Source: Gemmatimonadales bacterium
GTDB lineage: Bacteria > Gemmatimonadota > Gemmatimonadetes > Gemmatimonadales > GWC2-71-9
DNA length: 64,000 nucleotides
Reading direction: 5' to 3'
Assembly (NCBI GenBank): GCA_039917855.1
Contig: JBDSIR010000058.1
Span: 317-64,316 of the forward strand
Positions within the stretch are counted from its first letter, which is position 1. Every line of letters begins with the position of its first letter. Made by a program: the position numbers and the translations under genes. The notes beneath the pieces were generated by a model. It did no database searches and was not told the origin of the DNA. It saw only the letters and a list, made by a program, of their open reading frames with translations. This document shows, in pieces, positions 8,960-17,916 of the stretch.

Positions 8960-9928
8960 CTACACCTCCAGCCCCCGCCCCTCAAGCAGGAGCCGGAGCC
9001 GGTGCGCGTACGTGTGCCCCGCCAGCGCATGTCCCCGCCCCGCCGCCGCCACCTTGGCGCGCTCCGCCGGTGCATCGAGCCAGCGCCGGGCCTGTATCGC
9101 CGCATCCGCCGGGCCGCGATACCAGCCGCAGTGCACCCCCTCCTGCGCAAACATCTCGATCCCCTCGACGTACTCCCCCAGATAGAACCCGCCGCACCCC
9201 AGCACCTTCCACATCCGGTTCGACGCCGAGTAGCGGGCGCGCGCCTGTTCGGGGCTGAAGCTCGCGCCCATCGAGATCCTGGCCGCAGTCGTGGCCCGCG
9301 CGAATTCCTCCCCGCGGATCTCCCCCCCCTTCACCGGGATCTCCATCGGTGCTCCCTCCCACCCCGGCCCGCGCACCTGGAGGTCGCACACCTTCGCCAC
9401 CGCCTGCAGCACCGGCCACCGATGCGGGAAGGGTCCCGAACCGATGAAGCTCGCATCGCAGTCGTACTCCGCCGGCCACGAACGCGCCGGAGCGTCGATC
9501 ACGGGGTCCGTCCCCTGCGGCAACCAATGGGCCTCGGCGATACCCCTGGTCAGGTAACCCGCGACCCCATCGTAGTAGGTGGTGAATACCCGTTGCGTGG
9601 CGCGGCCCAGGAGAAGGATCTCCGGGGTTACCGGGAGGTCGAAGTACCAGACCGCGGCCCATCGGCCGCGGCAGACTCGGCGGAGGCGATCCTCCCCCAG
9701 CTCAGCGGCATACCGCGTCAGGAGCACCGTGTCGGCCGCGAAGGCGTCGAGCCGCCAGCGGAGAAGGGCGGGGCCGAGGGGCCCGAGCGCGCGCCAGCGG
9801 GCCACATCGACGAAGAGCACTTCGTGCCCCAACGACCGCGCGGCGCGCACGATCGAGGCCTCGGTGCGATAGGTCCCGCGTTTGCCGAAGACGGCGATGC
9901 GGCGAGGCTCAGGACGCGCGTGGGTCAC
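8960..9928 (-). CDS. CgeB-family / DUF3880-like glycosyltransferase-like protein
   Basis: GTG start. SNRMWKVLGCGGFYL..GHTYAHR pattern, paralogous to 5201..6202. Confidence 0.5.
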   Translation of the reverse strand: MTHARPEPRRIAVFGKRGTYRTEASIVRAARSLGHEVLFVDVARWRALGPLGPALLRWRLDAFAADTVLLTRYAAELGEDRLRRVCRGRWAAVWYFDLPVTPEILLLGRATQRVFTTYYDGVAGYLTRGIAEAHWLPQGTDPVIDAPARSWPAEYDCDASFIGSGPFPHRWPVLQAVAKVCDLQVRGPGWEGAPMEIPVKGGEIRGEEFARATTAARISMGASFSPEQARARYSASNRMWKVLGCGGFYLGEYVEGIEMFAQEGVHCGWYRGPADAAIQARRWLDAPAERAKVAAAGRGHALAGHTYAHRLRLLLEGRGLEV

Positions 9929-10032
9929 GTGGCGAGTGGGCCGTGGGGGGTGTAGAGTTGTGGCGACGGCGGGAAAGTGCCCGGCCCCCGCCTACCTCGC
10001 AAGCGTGCCGGCCTCCCCGCGCCCCGAACCCG

Positions 10033-10788
10033 ATGACCCCCAAGGTCCCCGTCACCGTCGTCATCCCCGTGTTGAACGAGGGACACCAGATCGACGCGTG
10101 CGTCCGTGGCTGCCTCTGGGCCGACGAGGTCCTGGTGGCCGACGGGGGCTCCACCGACGGTACGGTCGAGAAGGCGCGCGCCGCGGGCGCCACTGTCCTC
10201 GAGGGGACCGGTCCCGGCACCGGGAAGCAGCGCAACCAGGCATTCGAGCGGGCGCGGAACGCCTGGATATTCTCCCTGGACGCCGACGAACGCTTCAGCA
10301 CCGAGCTCATCACCGAGATCGGTGAGGTGGTGCGCGCCCCGATGCACGCCGCCTACCGCATCCGCCGCCGCAATTTCTGGCTGGGCCACGAACAGACCCG
10401 CGGCGGGTGGGGCCGCGACTGGGTGGACCGGCTCCATCGCAAGGAGCACCGGTACGTCGAGGCGCGCCCCCACGACCATCTCGAGCCGATCGCCGATACC
10501 GGATCTCTCCGCGGGGCGCTCCTGCATGAACCGTATCGCGATCTCCGCCATCAGCTCGACAAGATGAATCGGTACGCCGAGCTCGGCGCGATCGATCTGT
10601 GGAACGCGGGCCGCCGCGCCAGCTGGTGGGACCTCGCGTTCCGCCCCTTCTGGCGCTTCATCAAGGCGTGGATCCTCGGCGGCGGGATATTCGAAGGGCG
10701 CTACGGACTCGTCCGCTCCGTCCTCGGCGCCTACACCGCGTTCCTGAAGTACGCCGCACTCTGGTCGCTCGAGCGCACCAAGAGATGA
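10033..10788 (+). CDS. glycosyltransferase family 2
   Basis: Trimmed to MTPKVPVTVVIPVLNEG. Contains ADGGSTDGT and the DxD-like LDADE motif. Confidence 0.8.
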   Translation: MTPKVPVTVVIPVLNEGHQIDACVRGCLWADEVLVADGGSTDGTVEKARAAGATVLEGTGPGTGKQRNQAFERARNAWIFSLDADERFSTELITEIGEVVRAPMHAAYRIRRRNFWLGHEQTRGGWGRDWVDRLHRKEHRYVEARPHDHLEPIADTGSLRGALLHEPYRDLRHQLDKMNRYAELGAIDLWNAGRRASWWDLAFRPFWRFIKAWILGGGIFEGRYGLVRSVLGAYTAFLKYAALWSLERTKR

Positions 10789-11990
10789 AGGGGACCACGG
10801 CCCCGCACCTCCTGCTGGCCTATGACTTCCCTCCCATAGGCGGCGGCATCGCGCGATGGATGGGGGAGCTCGCGCGCTGCTACCCCGACCGTTCGCTGGT
10901 CGTCTCGACCGGAATGGCAGACGGGAGTCGGGCGATCGACGCGACCTTCCCCGTCACGGTCGACCGGGTGAAGGTCCCCGCCCAACGGCTGCGCACCGTG
11001 ACCGGCCTCATCCGGTGGTCGCTCCGGGCCGGGAAGCTGGCGCGTGAGCGGGGGGTCGAATTCACTTGGTGCGGGAACATCCGGCCGGCGGGTTACCCGG
11101 CCCGGTGGCTCCAGCGCTGGGGCGGCATCCCCTATGGGATGATCCTGTACGGTGGCGACCTGCTGACCTTGCAGGCGCAGGCGGAGCGATCCGCTCGCAA
11201 GCGGAGGATCGGAAGAGATCTTCTCGGCAACGCGGGGATCCTCGTGACCATCAGCGGCTTCAGCCGCGAACTCACGCTTCGAGTGCTCGCGGGGCTCGAG
11301 GTGCCGTGTGCCCCCGATCGCGTCGTGGTGGTTCCGCTCGGCACCGATCCGAAGCGCTTTCATCCTGGGGTGGATCCGGGCATCGCGAGAGAATATTTCG
11401 GGCTCGGGGCAGGACGCTGGCTCCTGACGGTGGCCCGACTCACCCCGCACAAGGGGATCGACACCGCCCTGCGGGTCCTCGCCCTGCTGGTGCCGCGCTA
11501 TCCCGACCTCGGCTATCTGGTGGCCGGACAGGGAGAGGACCGCCCGCGGCTCGAGCTGCTCGCGGCCGAGCTGGGTGTGGCGGATCGGGTGCGGTGGCTG
11601 GGTGCGGTGGGGGACGATCTTCTCCCCTCGCTCTATCGCAACGCTTCGGTCTACCTGGGCCTGTCGCGCCGCGACGGGAACGAGGTGGAAGGGTTCGGAA
11701 TCTCGCTGGTGGAGGCGTCGGGATGCGGCGTGCCGGTGGTCGGCGGACGGAGCGGAGGCGTGCCGGACGCGGTGCGCGACGGCGAGACGGGGATCCTCGT
11801 CGATCCGATCTCGGTCGACGACGCGGCGTCCGCGGTGGCGCAACTGCTGGACGATACCGCGCTGGCGCACCGCCTCGGCACATCGGGGCGGCGGGCGGTG
11901 GAGACGTATTACAACTGGGACCGGGTGGCCAAGGACCTCCGCCGCCTCGGCGACGAGGTCACGGCAGCCCTTCGGGTGCCCGCGCGCTGA
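10785..11990 (+). CDS. glycosyltransferase family 4 (GT-B)
   Basis: ATGA overlap with the upstream gene. MKGTTAPHLLLAYDFPPIGGGIARWM start. EGFGISLVEASGCGVPVVGGRSGGVPD motif. Confidence 0.8.
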   Translation: MKGTTAPHLLLAYDFPPIGGGIARWMGELARCYPDRSLVVSTGMADGSRAIDATFPVTVDRVKVPAQRLRTVTGLIRWSLRAGKLARERGVEFTWCGNIRPAGYPARWLQRWGGIPYGMILYGGDLLTLQAQAERSARKRRIGRDLLGNAGILVTISGFSRELTLRVLAGLEVPCAPDRVVVVPLGTDPKRFHPGVDPGIAREYFGLGAGRWLLTVARLTPHKGIDTALRVLALLVPRYPDLGYLVAGQGEDRPRLELLAAELGVADRVRWLGAVGDDLLPSLYRNASVYLGLSRRDGNEVEGFGISLVEASGCGVPVVGGRSGGVPDAVRDGETGILVDPISVDDAASAVAQLLDDTALAHRLGTSGRRAVETYYNWDRVAKDLRRLGDEVTAALRVPAR

Positions 11991-13020
11991 TCGCCCAGGT
12001 GGGGCAGTGGCGGACGTACTGTCCGTCGATCGGCGACCAGCGCCGCCGTGATGCCACGACCTCCGCCTTGCCGTCTGCCCCCATCCGGAAGACCTCCGGC
12101 GCCCACATCACACAGGCGCCGCACCCCACGCAGCGCTTCGGGTCCACCGAGACCACGACATCACGTCGAGGGAAGATCCCTTCTGCCGCGATGGGGAATC
12201 CGGTCGGCAGCTCCCCGAACGTGTCGATGGTGGAGCGATATCCCTCGTCGATCAGCTCGCGGGTATGGGAGAAGGAGAACATCGAGATGTGCTCCACCCG
12301 GGGGTGAACGAACATCAGCGGCGGGGTGCGCCAGTGGTGCAGGCGCTCCCGCAGCATCGCGTGCATCACCAGTTCGAGGCCGCGCGCGTAGGTCGCCGCA
12401 AATCCCCCGAGCCCGGTGCCGGAGCGGAGCGTCGTGGTAGCGCCGACGTGCACCGCGATGACCGGGGCCGGCACCAGCGAGGCCGCCACCCGGACGGGCA
12501 GATTCTCGATCACCGCGCCATCGACACAGAGCCGGCCATCGATGTCCCGCGGCGGGAAGAGTCCCGGCAGGGCGCAGGAAGCGAAAACGGCATCCGCTAC
12601 CCGCACGTGGTCGAGTCCGGGCTGTCCCCAGAGCACCTGCCCACCGGTGTTGAGGTCCACGGTGGCCACCACCAGCCGGTGCTTGAGCTCCTTGAAGGTG
12701 ATGTCGCCGACCAGGCGGTGGATCAGCGCGTCGAGCGGCTCCGGTCGATAGACCGCCAGCGCGTGCATCCGCTTGAATGCCATGTCGAGGTGGGCGATGC
12801 GGAACACGTCCTTCCGCTGCACCTCCAGCGCGATCTCGCCCATCCGCTCCGGCGACACCCCGGCGCACCACGCCGCCGCGATCAGCGACCCCATCGAACA
12901 GCCCACGACGAGCTCGGGCGTCATGCCGAGCTCCTCCAGCGCCTGGAAGACGCCGATGTGGGCCATCCCCTTCAGGCCTCCGCCGCCCAGCACCATCGAG
13001 AAGGGACCGTCGAAGCGCAC
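11959..13020 (-). CDS. patatin-like phospholipase fused to a C-terminal single-cluster ferredoxin domain
   Basis: VLGGGGLKG oxyanion motif, GCSMGS nucleophile elbow, VDGAV catalytic Asp. C-terminus has CVGCGAC...HCP. Start uncertain: GTG at 13020 or ATG at 12996. The 3' end overlaps the convergent GT4 gene by 32 nt. Confidence 0.7.
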   Translation of the reverse strand: MRFDGPFSMVLGGGGLKGMAHIGVFQALEELGMTPELVVGCSMGSLIAAAWCAGVSPERMGEIALEVQRKDVFRIAHLDMAFKRMHALAVYRPEPLDALIHRLVGDITFKELKHRLVVATVDLNTGGQVLWGQPGLDHVRVADAVFASCALPGLFPPRDIDGRLCVDGAVIENLPVRVAASLVPAPVIAVHVGATTTLRSGTGLGGFAATYARGLELVMHAMLRERLHHWRTPPLMFVHPRVEHISMFSFSHTRELIDEGYRSTIDTFGELPTGFPIAAEGIFPRRDVVVSVDPKRCVGCGACVMWAPEVFRMGADGKAEVVASRRRWSPIDGQYVRHCPTWAISARAPEGLP

Positions 13021-13063
13021 CGCTTGTCCAGGGTAGAGTGACAGGAGTAACGTACCGACCCTG

Positions 13064-13924
13064 ATGCCCCACCTGCCAGCCTCCCTCCTCCCCGCCGTCG
13101 ACCGGTTCCGGCGCGACCGCCTCCTGCAGTTCGGTGCCCTCCTGGTGGCCGCCGTCCTGCTGGCTGCGCTCTTCGCGCACTGGATCGCGCCATTCGACCC
13201 GCTCACCGGTGACTTGCGGGGGGCTTATCTCCTTCCCCCGGGGGGCGGCCACCTGCTCGGTACCGACAGTCAGGGGCGCGACGTATGGAGCCGGGTGCTC
13301 TACGGTGCCAGGATCTCGATCCTGGTCGGCGTCATCTCGCAGGGCGTCGCGCTCGCCCTCGGCGTCACGCTCGGGCTCGTGGCCGGATACTACGGACGCT
13401 GGGTCGACGGCGTGATCATGCGCCTCGCCGACGTGACCCTCGCGTTCCCGACCCTCCTCCTCCTCATCGCGGTGGCGGCGGCCGTGCGGCCGAGCCTCCC
13501 GCTCACCTTCGTGCTGATCGGCATCGTGGGCTGGGCGGGGATGGCGCGGCTGGTGCGCGGGCAGGTCCTGGTGCTCCGGGGCGCGGAATACGTGCAGGCC
13601 GCCCGGGCCCTCGGCGCGCCCGACCGGCGCATCCTCTTCAGCCACCTCCTTCCCAACGTCCGGGCTCAGGTCATCGTCGCCGCGACCCTGGGCATCGCCG
13701 GTGCGATGATGGCCGAGGCGGCGCTCAGTTTCCTCGGGCTCGGTGCCCAACCGCCGACGCCCAGCTGGGGAGCGATGGTGAGCGATGGACGCGACCTGCT
13801 TCGGGTGGCACCTTGGGTGAGCTTTGCACCGGGGGTCGCGATCGGGCTGGCGGTGCTGGGGTTCAATCTGGTAGGGGATGGACTGCGGGAGGCGTATGAT
13901 CCCAAGCTAAGAAGTGACCGGTGA
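13064..13924 (+). CDS. ABC transporter permease, DppC/OppC family
   Basis: N-terminal HWIAPFDP..LLGTDSQGRDV and EAA-like loop ARALGAPDRRILFSHLLPN. No partner ABC genes nearby. Confidence 0.8.
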   Translation: MPHLPASLLPAVDRFRRDRLLQFGALLVAAVLLAALFAHWIAPFDPLTGDLRGAYLLPPGGGHLLGTDSQGRDVWSRVLYGARISILVGVISQGVALALGVTLGLVAGYYGRWVDGVIMRLADVTLAFPTLLLLIAVAAAVRPSLPLTFVLIGIVGWAGMARLVRGQVLVLRGAEYVQAARALGAPDRRILFSHLLPNVRAQVIVAATLGIAGAMMAEAALSFLGLGAQPPTPSWGAMVSDGRDLLRVAPWVSFAPGVAIGLAVLGFNLVGDGLREAYDPKLRSDR

Positions 13925-14452
13925 CCGGTGACCGGTGACCAGTGGTCATTCGGAAGGGGGTGGTTCCTCGGGTGGTGCCTTGGGTGAACGTGGGCCACGC
14001 TTCTTGACGTGAAGCAAGAGACCATACGTAAGACGCTGACAGCGCCCGCTCAATTCGAGCAGGCGGTCGAGGTCGGCGGTCGGCAGCATCTCAGTCACCT
14101 TTGCGTGCTCCAGTAGCTCCCCGGTCTCGACCGCTGAACCGTAAGCGATGTCCAGATGGCGACGGAAGGTCGGGGAGCTGGTGAACGCGTAGCCTTCCGC
14201 GATATTCAGTCGAACGGAGAGGGCCGCCCGGGTGAGTTGTGAGAAGGTCGCGGCCTTCGACGGATGCCAGTAGGCGCGGGAGAGTTTCGCCACGTCGATG
14301 GCGATCTCCCTTGCCGTCTGCCATGCCAGCAATGATGTGTGGTCCCGCATGACCCGAATCTGCGATCTGGGCCGCCAACAACCATCACCATTTCAATTTC
14401 TTCCGGCGCGGAATCACGCGGCCAGGTCACTGGTCACCGGTCACTGGTCACC
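13914..14452. repeat. Oligomer-arm hairpin element (GTGACCG heptamer arms) enclosing the four-helix-bundle gene
   Basis: Left arm 13914-13948 (GTGACCG x3, then GTGACCAGTGGTCA). Right arm 14425-14452 (GGTCACTGGTCACCGGTCACTGGTCACC). Cargo is CDS 13946..14350. Confidence 0.85.
13946..14350 (-). CDS. four-helix-bundle protein (23S rRNA intervening-sequence protein family)
   Basis: MRDHTSLLAWQTAREIAIDVAKL...LTRAALSVRLNIAEGYA...LDIAYGSAVETGELLE is the typical family pattern. The gene sits inside a hairpin with GTGACCG-heptamer arms. Confidence 0.75.
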   Translation of the reverse strand: MRDHTSLLAWQTAREIAIDVAKLSRAYWHPSKAATFSQLTRAALSVRLNIAEGYAFTSSPTFRRHLDIAYGSAVETGELLEHAKVTEMLPTADLDRLLELSGRCQRLTYGLLLHVKKRGPRSPKAPPEEPPPSE

Positions 14453-14455
14453 CCG

Positions 14456-15592
14456 ATGAGCTACGACGTCGAAGCACTCCGCCGGACCGAGTTCCCGTGG
14501 GCCGATGGACGGATCTACCTCGACCACGCGTCACTGGGGCCGCTCCCGGCGCGCACCGCGCGGGCCATCGCCGAGTTCAATGCTCGACGCACCATCCCGT
14601 GGCAGATCGTGCCCGACGATTTCAGCACCATCCCGGGAGACGCGCGGGCGATCGCTGCGCGGCTGGTGAACGCCGACGTCGAGGAGATCGGCCTCGTCCA
14701 GACCACTTCCCTGGGACTGGCACTGGCGGCGCACGCCCTCCCCTTCAAGGAAGGGGACCTGATCCTCGTCAGCGACAAGGAGTTCCCCTCCAACATCTAC
14801 CCTTGGAAGCTGCTGAAAGGGCAGGGGGTGGGGGTCGAGATCGTCTCGTGTACACCGGAAGGGTGGCCCGATGAGGAGGCCCTGATCCGTCAGCTCGCCG
14901 ATCCGCGCGTGAAGGCCCTTGCGGTCTCGGCGGTGCAATTCGCCACCGGCTATCGGGTCGATCTGGCGCGGTTCTCGGCCGAAACCCGGAAACGGCACAA
15001 GTACCTGATCGTCGACGCGATCCAGGCCGTGGGGGTCCACCCGATCGATGTGAAGGCGACGCCGGTGGACATTCTCACCTGCGCCTCCCAGAAGTGGCTG
15101 CTCGGTCCATGGGGGGCGGGCTTCATCTACGCCCGCAAGGAGCTGATCCCGTCCCTGGCCCCGACCGTCGCCAGCTGGATCGGCTATGAGGAGAGCGATG
15201 ACCTGACCCGCCTCACCTCCTACGCCGGCAGCTATCGTCCCAACGCCCGACGCTTCGAACTTTCCGGCCACGCGCTCCAGGACCTCGTGGGATTCACCAG
15301 CTCGGCGAAGTTGCTGCTCGAACTCGGCATCCCCGCGATCGCCGAGCACCTCCGTGGCATCCATGCCCCGGTGGTCGCGATGGCGCGCAAGAAGGGGATC
15401 CCGCTCGCGACCCCGCAGGATGGTCGCAGCGCCGGGACGCTCGCGCTCCGTCCCGCGGACCCGACGGCGATGCACTCCCGTCTTCGCCAAGGGGGCGTCC
15501 ATTGCTCGGTCCGCGAGGGCGTGGTGCGGCTCAGTCCCCATTGTTACAACACGATCGAAGAGATGACCGCCGTCTCCGACCTGCTGGAGTGA
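14456..15592 (+). CDS. aminotransferase class V (cysteine desulfurase/selenocysteine lyase-like)
   Basis: Trimmed to MSYDVEALRRTEF..IYLDHASLGPLP. Candidate PLP-lysine region TCASQKWLLGPWG. Confidence 0.7.
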   Translation: MSYDVEALRRTEFPWADGRIYLDHASLGPLPARTARAIAEFNARRTIPWQIVPDDFSTIPGDARAIAARLVNADVEEIGLVQTTSLGLALAAHALPFKEGDLILVSDKEFPSNIYPWKLLKGQGVGVEIVSCTPEGWPDEEALIRQLADPRVKALAVSAVQFATGYRVDLARFSAETRKRHKYLIVDAIQAVGVHPIDVKATPVDILTCASQKWLLGPWGAGFIYARKELIPSLAPTVASWIGYEESDDLTRLTSYAGSYRPNARRFELSGHALQDLVGFTSSAKLLLELGIPAIAEHLRGIHAPVVAMARKKGIPLATPQDGRSAGTLALRPADPTAMHSRLRQGGVHCSVREGVVRLSPHCYNTIEEMTAVSDLLE

Positions 15593-15599
15593 ACTCGGG

Positions 15600-16505
15600 A
15601 TGACCTTCGCCTTCAACACCTGTTGCACCGCCCGCTCGTTCGACTCACCGGAGTGGATGGAGGTGTATCGGGAGTTCCACCGGGATCTTCGGCTGCCCGA
15701 GCCGTTGGACCCCACCGGGGTCGGGCCCTCGATCTTCGGCTGGTACGGCACCACCATCTGGAGCGGGCATCCGGAGCGGGTCGGACGCGAGTGGTGCGCC
15801 CCGGCGAATCTCCGGGAGACCCACAAGATCTGGGAATATGTCCAGGTGCTCGGGGCGCTCCGCTACGGGTTCGGGGACCTCCGCGGGAAGCGGATCCTCT
15901 CGCTCGGGGCCGGCATCGAAAGCCCGCTCTGGACGCTCGCGCGCCTGGGCGCCGATGTCGTTGCGACGGACACCTATTTCGAGCGGCGATACTGGCACCC
16001 GGAACAAGTGCCCTACATCCGCGCGGGGGCGCGCGTGTTCTGTCCCTACGGCGAGTGTCCGCCCGTGCGGTTCGTCAATCTCAACCTGCGGTTCCGCAGC
16101 CTGCGGAGCCTCTTCACCTGGGCGCGCCTGGGCGACTTCGACGTCGTCTACAGCATCTCCAGCCTCGAGCACGTGCACGGGACCAATCGCCAGGGTCCCC
16201 CCGAAGGGGTCCCCCGGATCTTCGCCAGGAAGCTCCGGATGTTCCGGAAGATCACGCGGAAATTGCGGCGCGGCGGGGTGTTCGCCTTCACCACCGAGGT
16301 GATCACCGCGTGCGACGCTATCCGACGGCTGGACTTCTACACCCGGTCGGAGATCGATGCGATCGTCGACGACCTGGGCCGACAGGGCCTGGAACTCCTC
16401 GGCCCGGTGGACTGGTCCGCCCTCGGCGAACAGGATCTCCCGACCAAGGGGGTGCCAGGGGCGCGCCACACGGCGCTGTCTTTGGCCTTCAAGCGAGTTC
16501 GGTAA
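15600..16505 (+). CDS. putative SAM-dependent methyltransferase
   Basis: ILSLGAGIESPL (motif I-like), VVYSISSLEHV, LRRGGVFAFT. Confidence 0.45.
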   Translation: MTFAFNTCCTARSFDSPEWMEVYREFHRDLRLPEPLDPTGVGPSIFGWYGTTIWSGHPERVGREWCAPANLRETHKIWEYVQVLGALRYGFGDLRGKRILSLGAGIESPLWTLARLGADVVATDTYFERRYWHPEQVPYIRAGARVFCPYGECPPVRFVNLNLRFRSLRSLFTWARLGDFDVVYSISSLEHVHGTNRQGPPEGVPRIFARKLRMFRKITRKLRRGGVFAFTTEVITACDAIRRLDFYTRSEIDAIVDDLGRQGLELLGPVDWSALGEQDLPTKGVPGARHTALSLAFKRVR

Positions 16506-16532
16506 GCCGCACTCCCGGACCGGAGGTGGCGG

Positions 16533-17801
16533 CTACTCCGCGAGCACCAGCGCGTAATTCTTCTTCCCCTTTTGCAGCAGGACGTACTTCCCGCCTTTCA
16601 GGTCCGCCGGGCCCAGGACGCGGGCGGGGTCGGTGATCTTCTCGCCGTTCACTGCAAATCCGCTCTGCTCCAGTCCGCGGCGGGCCTCGCTCTTCGATGC
16701 CGCCAACCCGGCGGTCACCAGGGCTTCGGCCAGCGCGACCCCCGTGACCAGGCTCTCCTTGGCGATCCGGGTCGTGGGGATCTCATCCACCAGCTCGCGG
16801 TACGCATGGGGAGATGAATGCGCCTGGGTGGCGCCGCCGAAGAGGAGCTGGCTCGCCTCGATGACGCGATCGGCGGTCTCGGAGCCATGCACCATTGCCG
16901 TCACTTCGTACGCGAGGGTGCGCTGGCCTGAGCGCTTGCCCGGGTCGGCGGCGTGAGCGGTAGTGAGTTCCGCGATCTTCTCCACCGGAAGGAACGTGAA
17001 GAGCCGGAGCAATCGTTCCAGGTCGGCGTCCTCCTGGTTGAGCCAGAATTGGTAGAACTTGTATGGGCTCGTCCTCACCGGGTCGAGCCAGATGTTCTCG
17101 CCCTCGGTCTTGCCGAACTTGTCGCCGCCACCGGTGGTGAGCAGGGGGAAGACCAGACCGTGCGCCTGCTGGCCCTCGCGCCGGTGGATCAGCTCGATCC
17201 CGGCGGTGATGTTCCCCCACTGATCGCTCCCACCCATCTGAAGCTCGCAATTATCGCTCAAGCGCAGGTGCCAGAAGTCGTAGGCCTGCACCAGCATATA
17301 GGAGAACTCGGTGAAGGAGATCCCGCTCTCCATCCGAGCCTTCACCGATTCCTTCTGCAGCATGTAGCTGATGGTGAAATGCTTCCCCGCCTCGCGCAGG
17401 AACTCCATCAACCCGAGGGAAGAGAGCCAGTCGGCGTTGTTGCGGACCCGGGCACCGTTCTTCCCGTCGAACGATACGAAGCGACGCAGCTGGTCCTCGA
17501 TGCGGGCGGCGTTGGCCTGCACCTGATCCAGTGCCATCATCGGGCGCTCGGCGCGTTTTCCGCTCGGGTCGCCGACGAGACCGGTGCCGCCGCCCACGAG
17601 CACGATCGGCGTCCCCCCCATCCGCTGCAGCCAGGCGAGGCCCATCACCGGCACCAGGTTCCCGACGTGAAGCGAGTCGGCGGTTGGATCGAACCCGACG
17701 TAGCCGGTGATCGGGGCGCCGGTCTTGAGCCGAGCCTCGAGGTGCGGGGTGACGTCCTGGATGAAGCCGCGGGCGGCGAGTTCGGTGAGGAGCTTGTGCA
17801 T
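16533..17801 (-). CDS. tyrS: tyrosine--tRNA ligase
   Basis: Trimmed to [20 protein letters not shown]-type LHVGNL, KMSKS-type KFGKT, C-terminal S4-like domain. Confidence 0.9.
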   Translation of the reverse strand: MHKLLTELAARGFIQDVTPHLEARLKTGAPITGYVGFDPTADSLHVGNLVPVMGLAWLQRMGGTPIVLVGGGTGLVGDPSGKRAERPMMALDQVQANAARIEDQLRRFVSFDGKNGARVRNNADWLSSLGLMEFLREAGKHFTISYMLQKESVKARMESGISFTEFSYMLVQAYDFWHLRLSDNCELQMGGSDQWGNITAGIELIHRREGQQAHGLVFPLLTTGGGDKFGKTEGENIWLDPVRTSPYKFYQFWLNQEDADLERLLRLFTFLPVEKIAELTTAHAADPGKRSGQRTLAYEVTAMVHGSETADRVIEASQLLFGGATQAHSSPHAYRELVDEIPTTRIAKESLVTGVALAEALVTAGLAASKSEARRGLEQSGFAVNGEKITDPARVLGPADLKGGKYVLLQKGKKNYALVLAE

Positions 17802-17810
17802 GCCGAAAAG

Positions 17811-17906
17811 TAGGCGGTTGGGCGGTAGGCCGGTAAGGCGGCAACCCTGTGCCACTCGCCGGCCCTACCGACTTACCGACTTACCGCCTGACCGCCTTAC
17901 CGCCTA
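17811..17906. repeat. Oligomer-arm hairpin (octamer-type arms GGCGGTAA/GGCGGTTG vs TTACCGAC/TTACCGCC)
   Basis: Left arm 17811-17841, right arm 17863-17906. Fills the divergent region between the tyrS start (17801) and the PBP1A start (17917). Confidence 0.8.
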
Positions 17907-17916
17907 AGTTTCCTGC

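Noticed and set aside
13064-13924. Orphan DppC-type permease as evidence of a decayed or horizontally acquired transporter operon
   Set aside because: The gene looks intact and compositionally ordinary. Partner genes may lie elsewhere in the genome, and this cannot be judged from one window.
17845-17860. Second sigma-54-like motif (minus strand TGGCACAGGGTTGCC) in the centre of the tyrS/PBP1A hairpin
   Set aside because: The GG-to-GC spacing is one nucleotide short of the obligatory spacing, and tyrS is an unlikely sigma-54 target.
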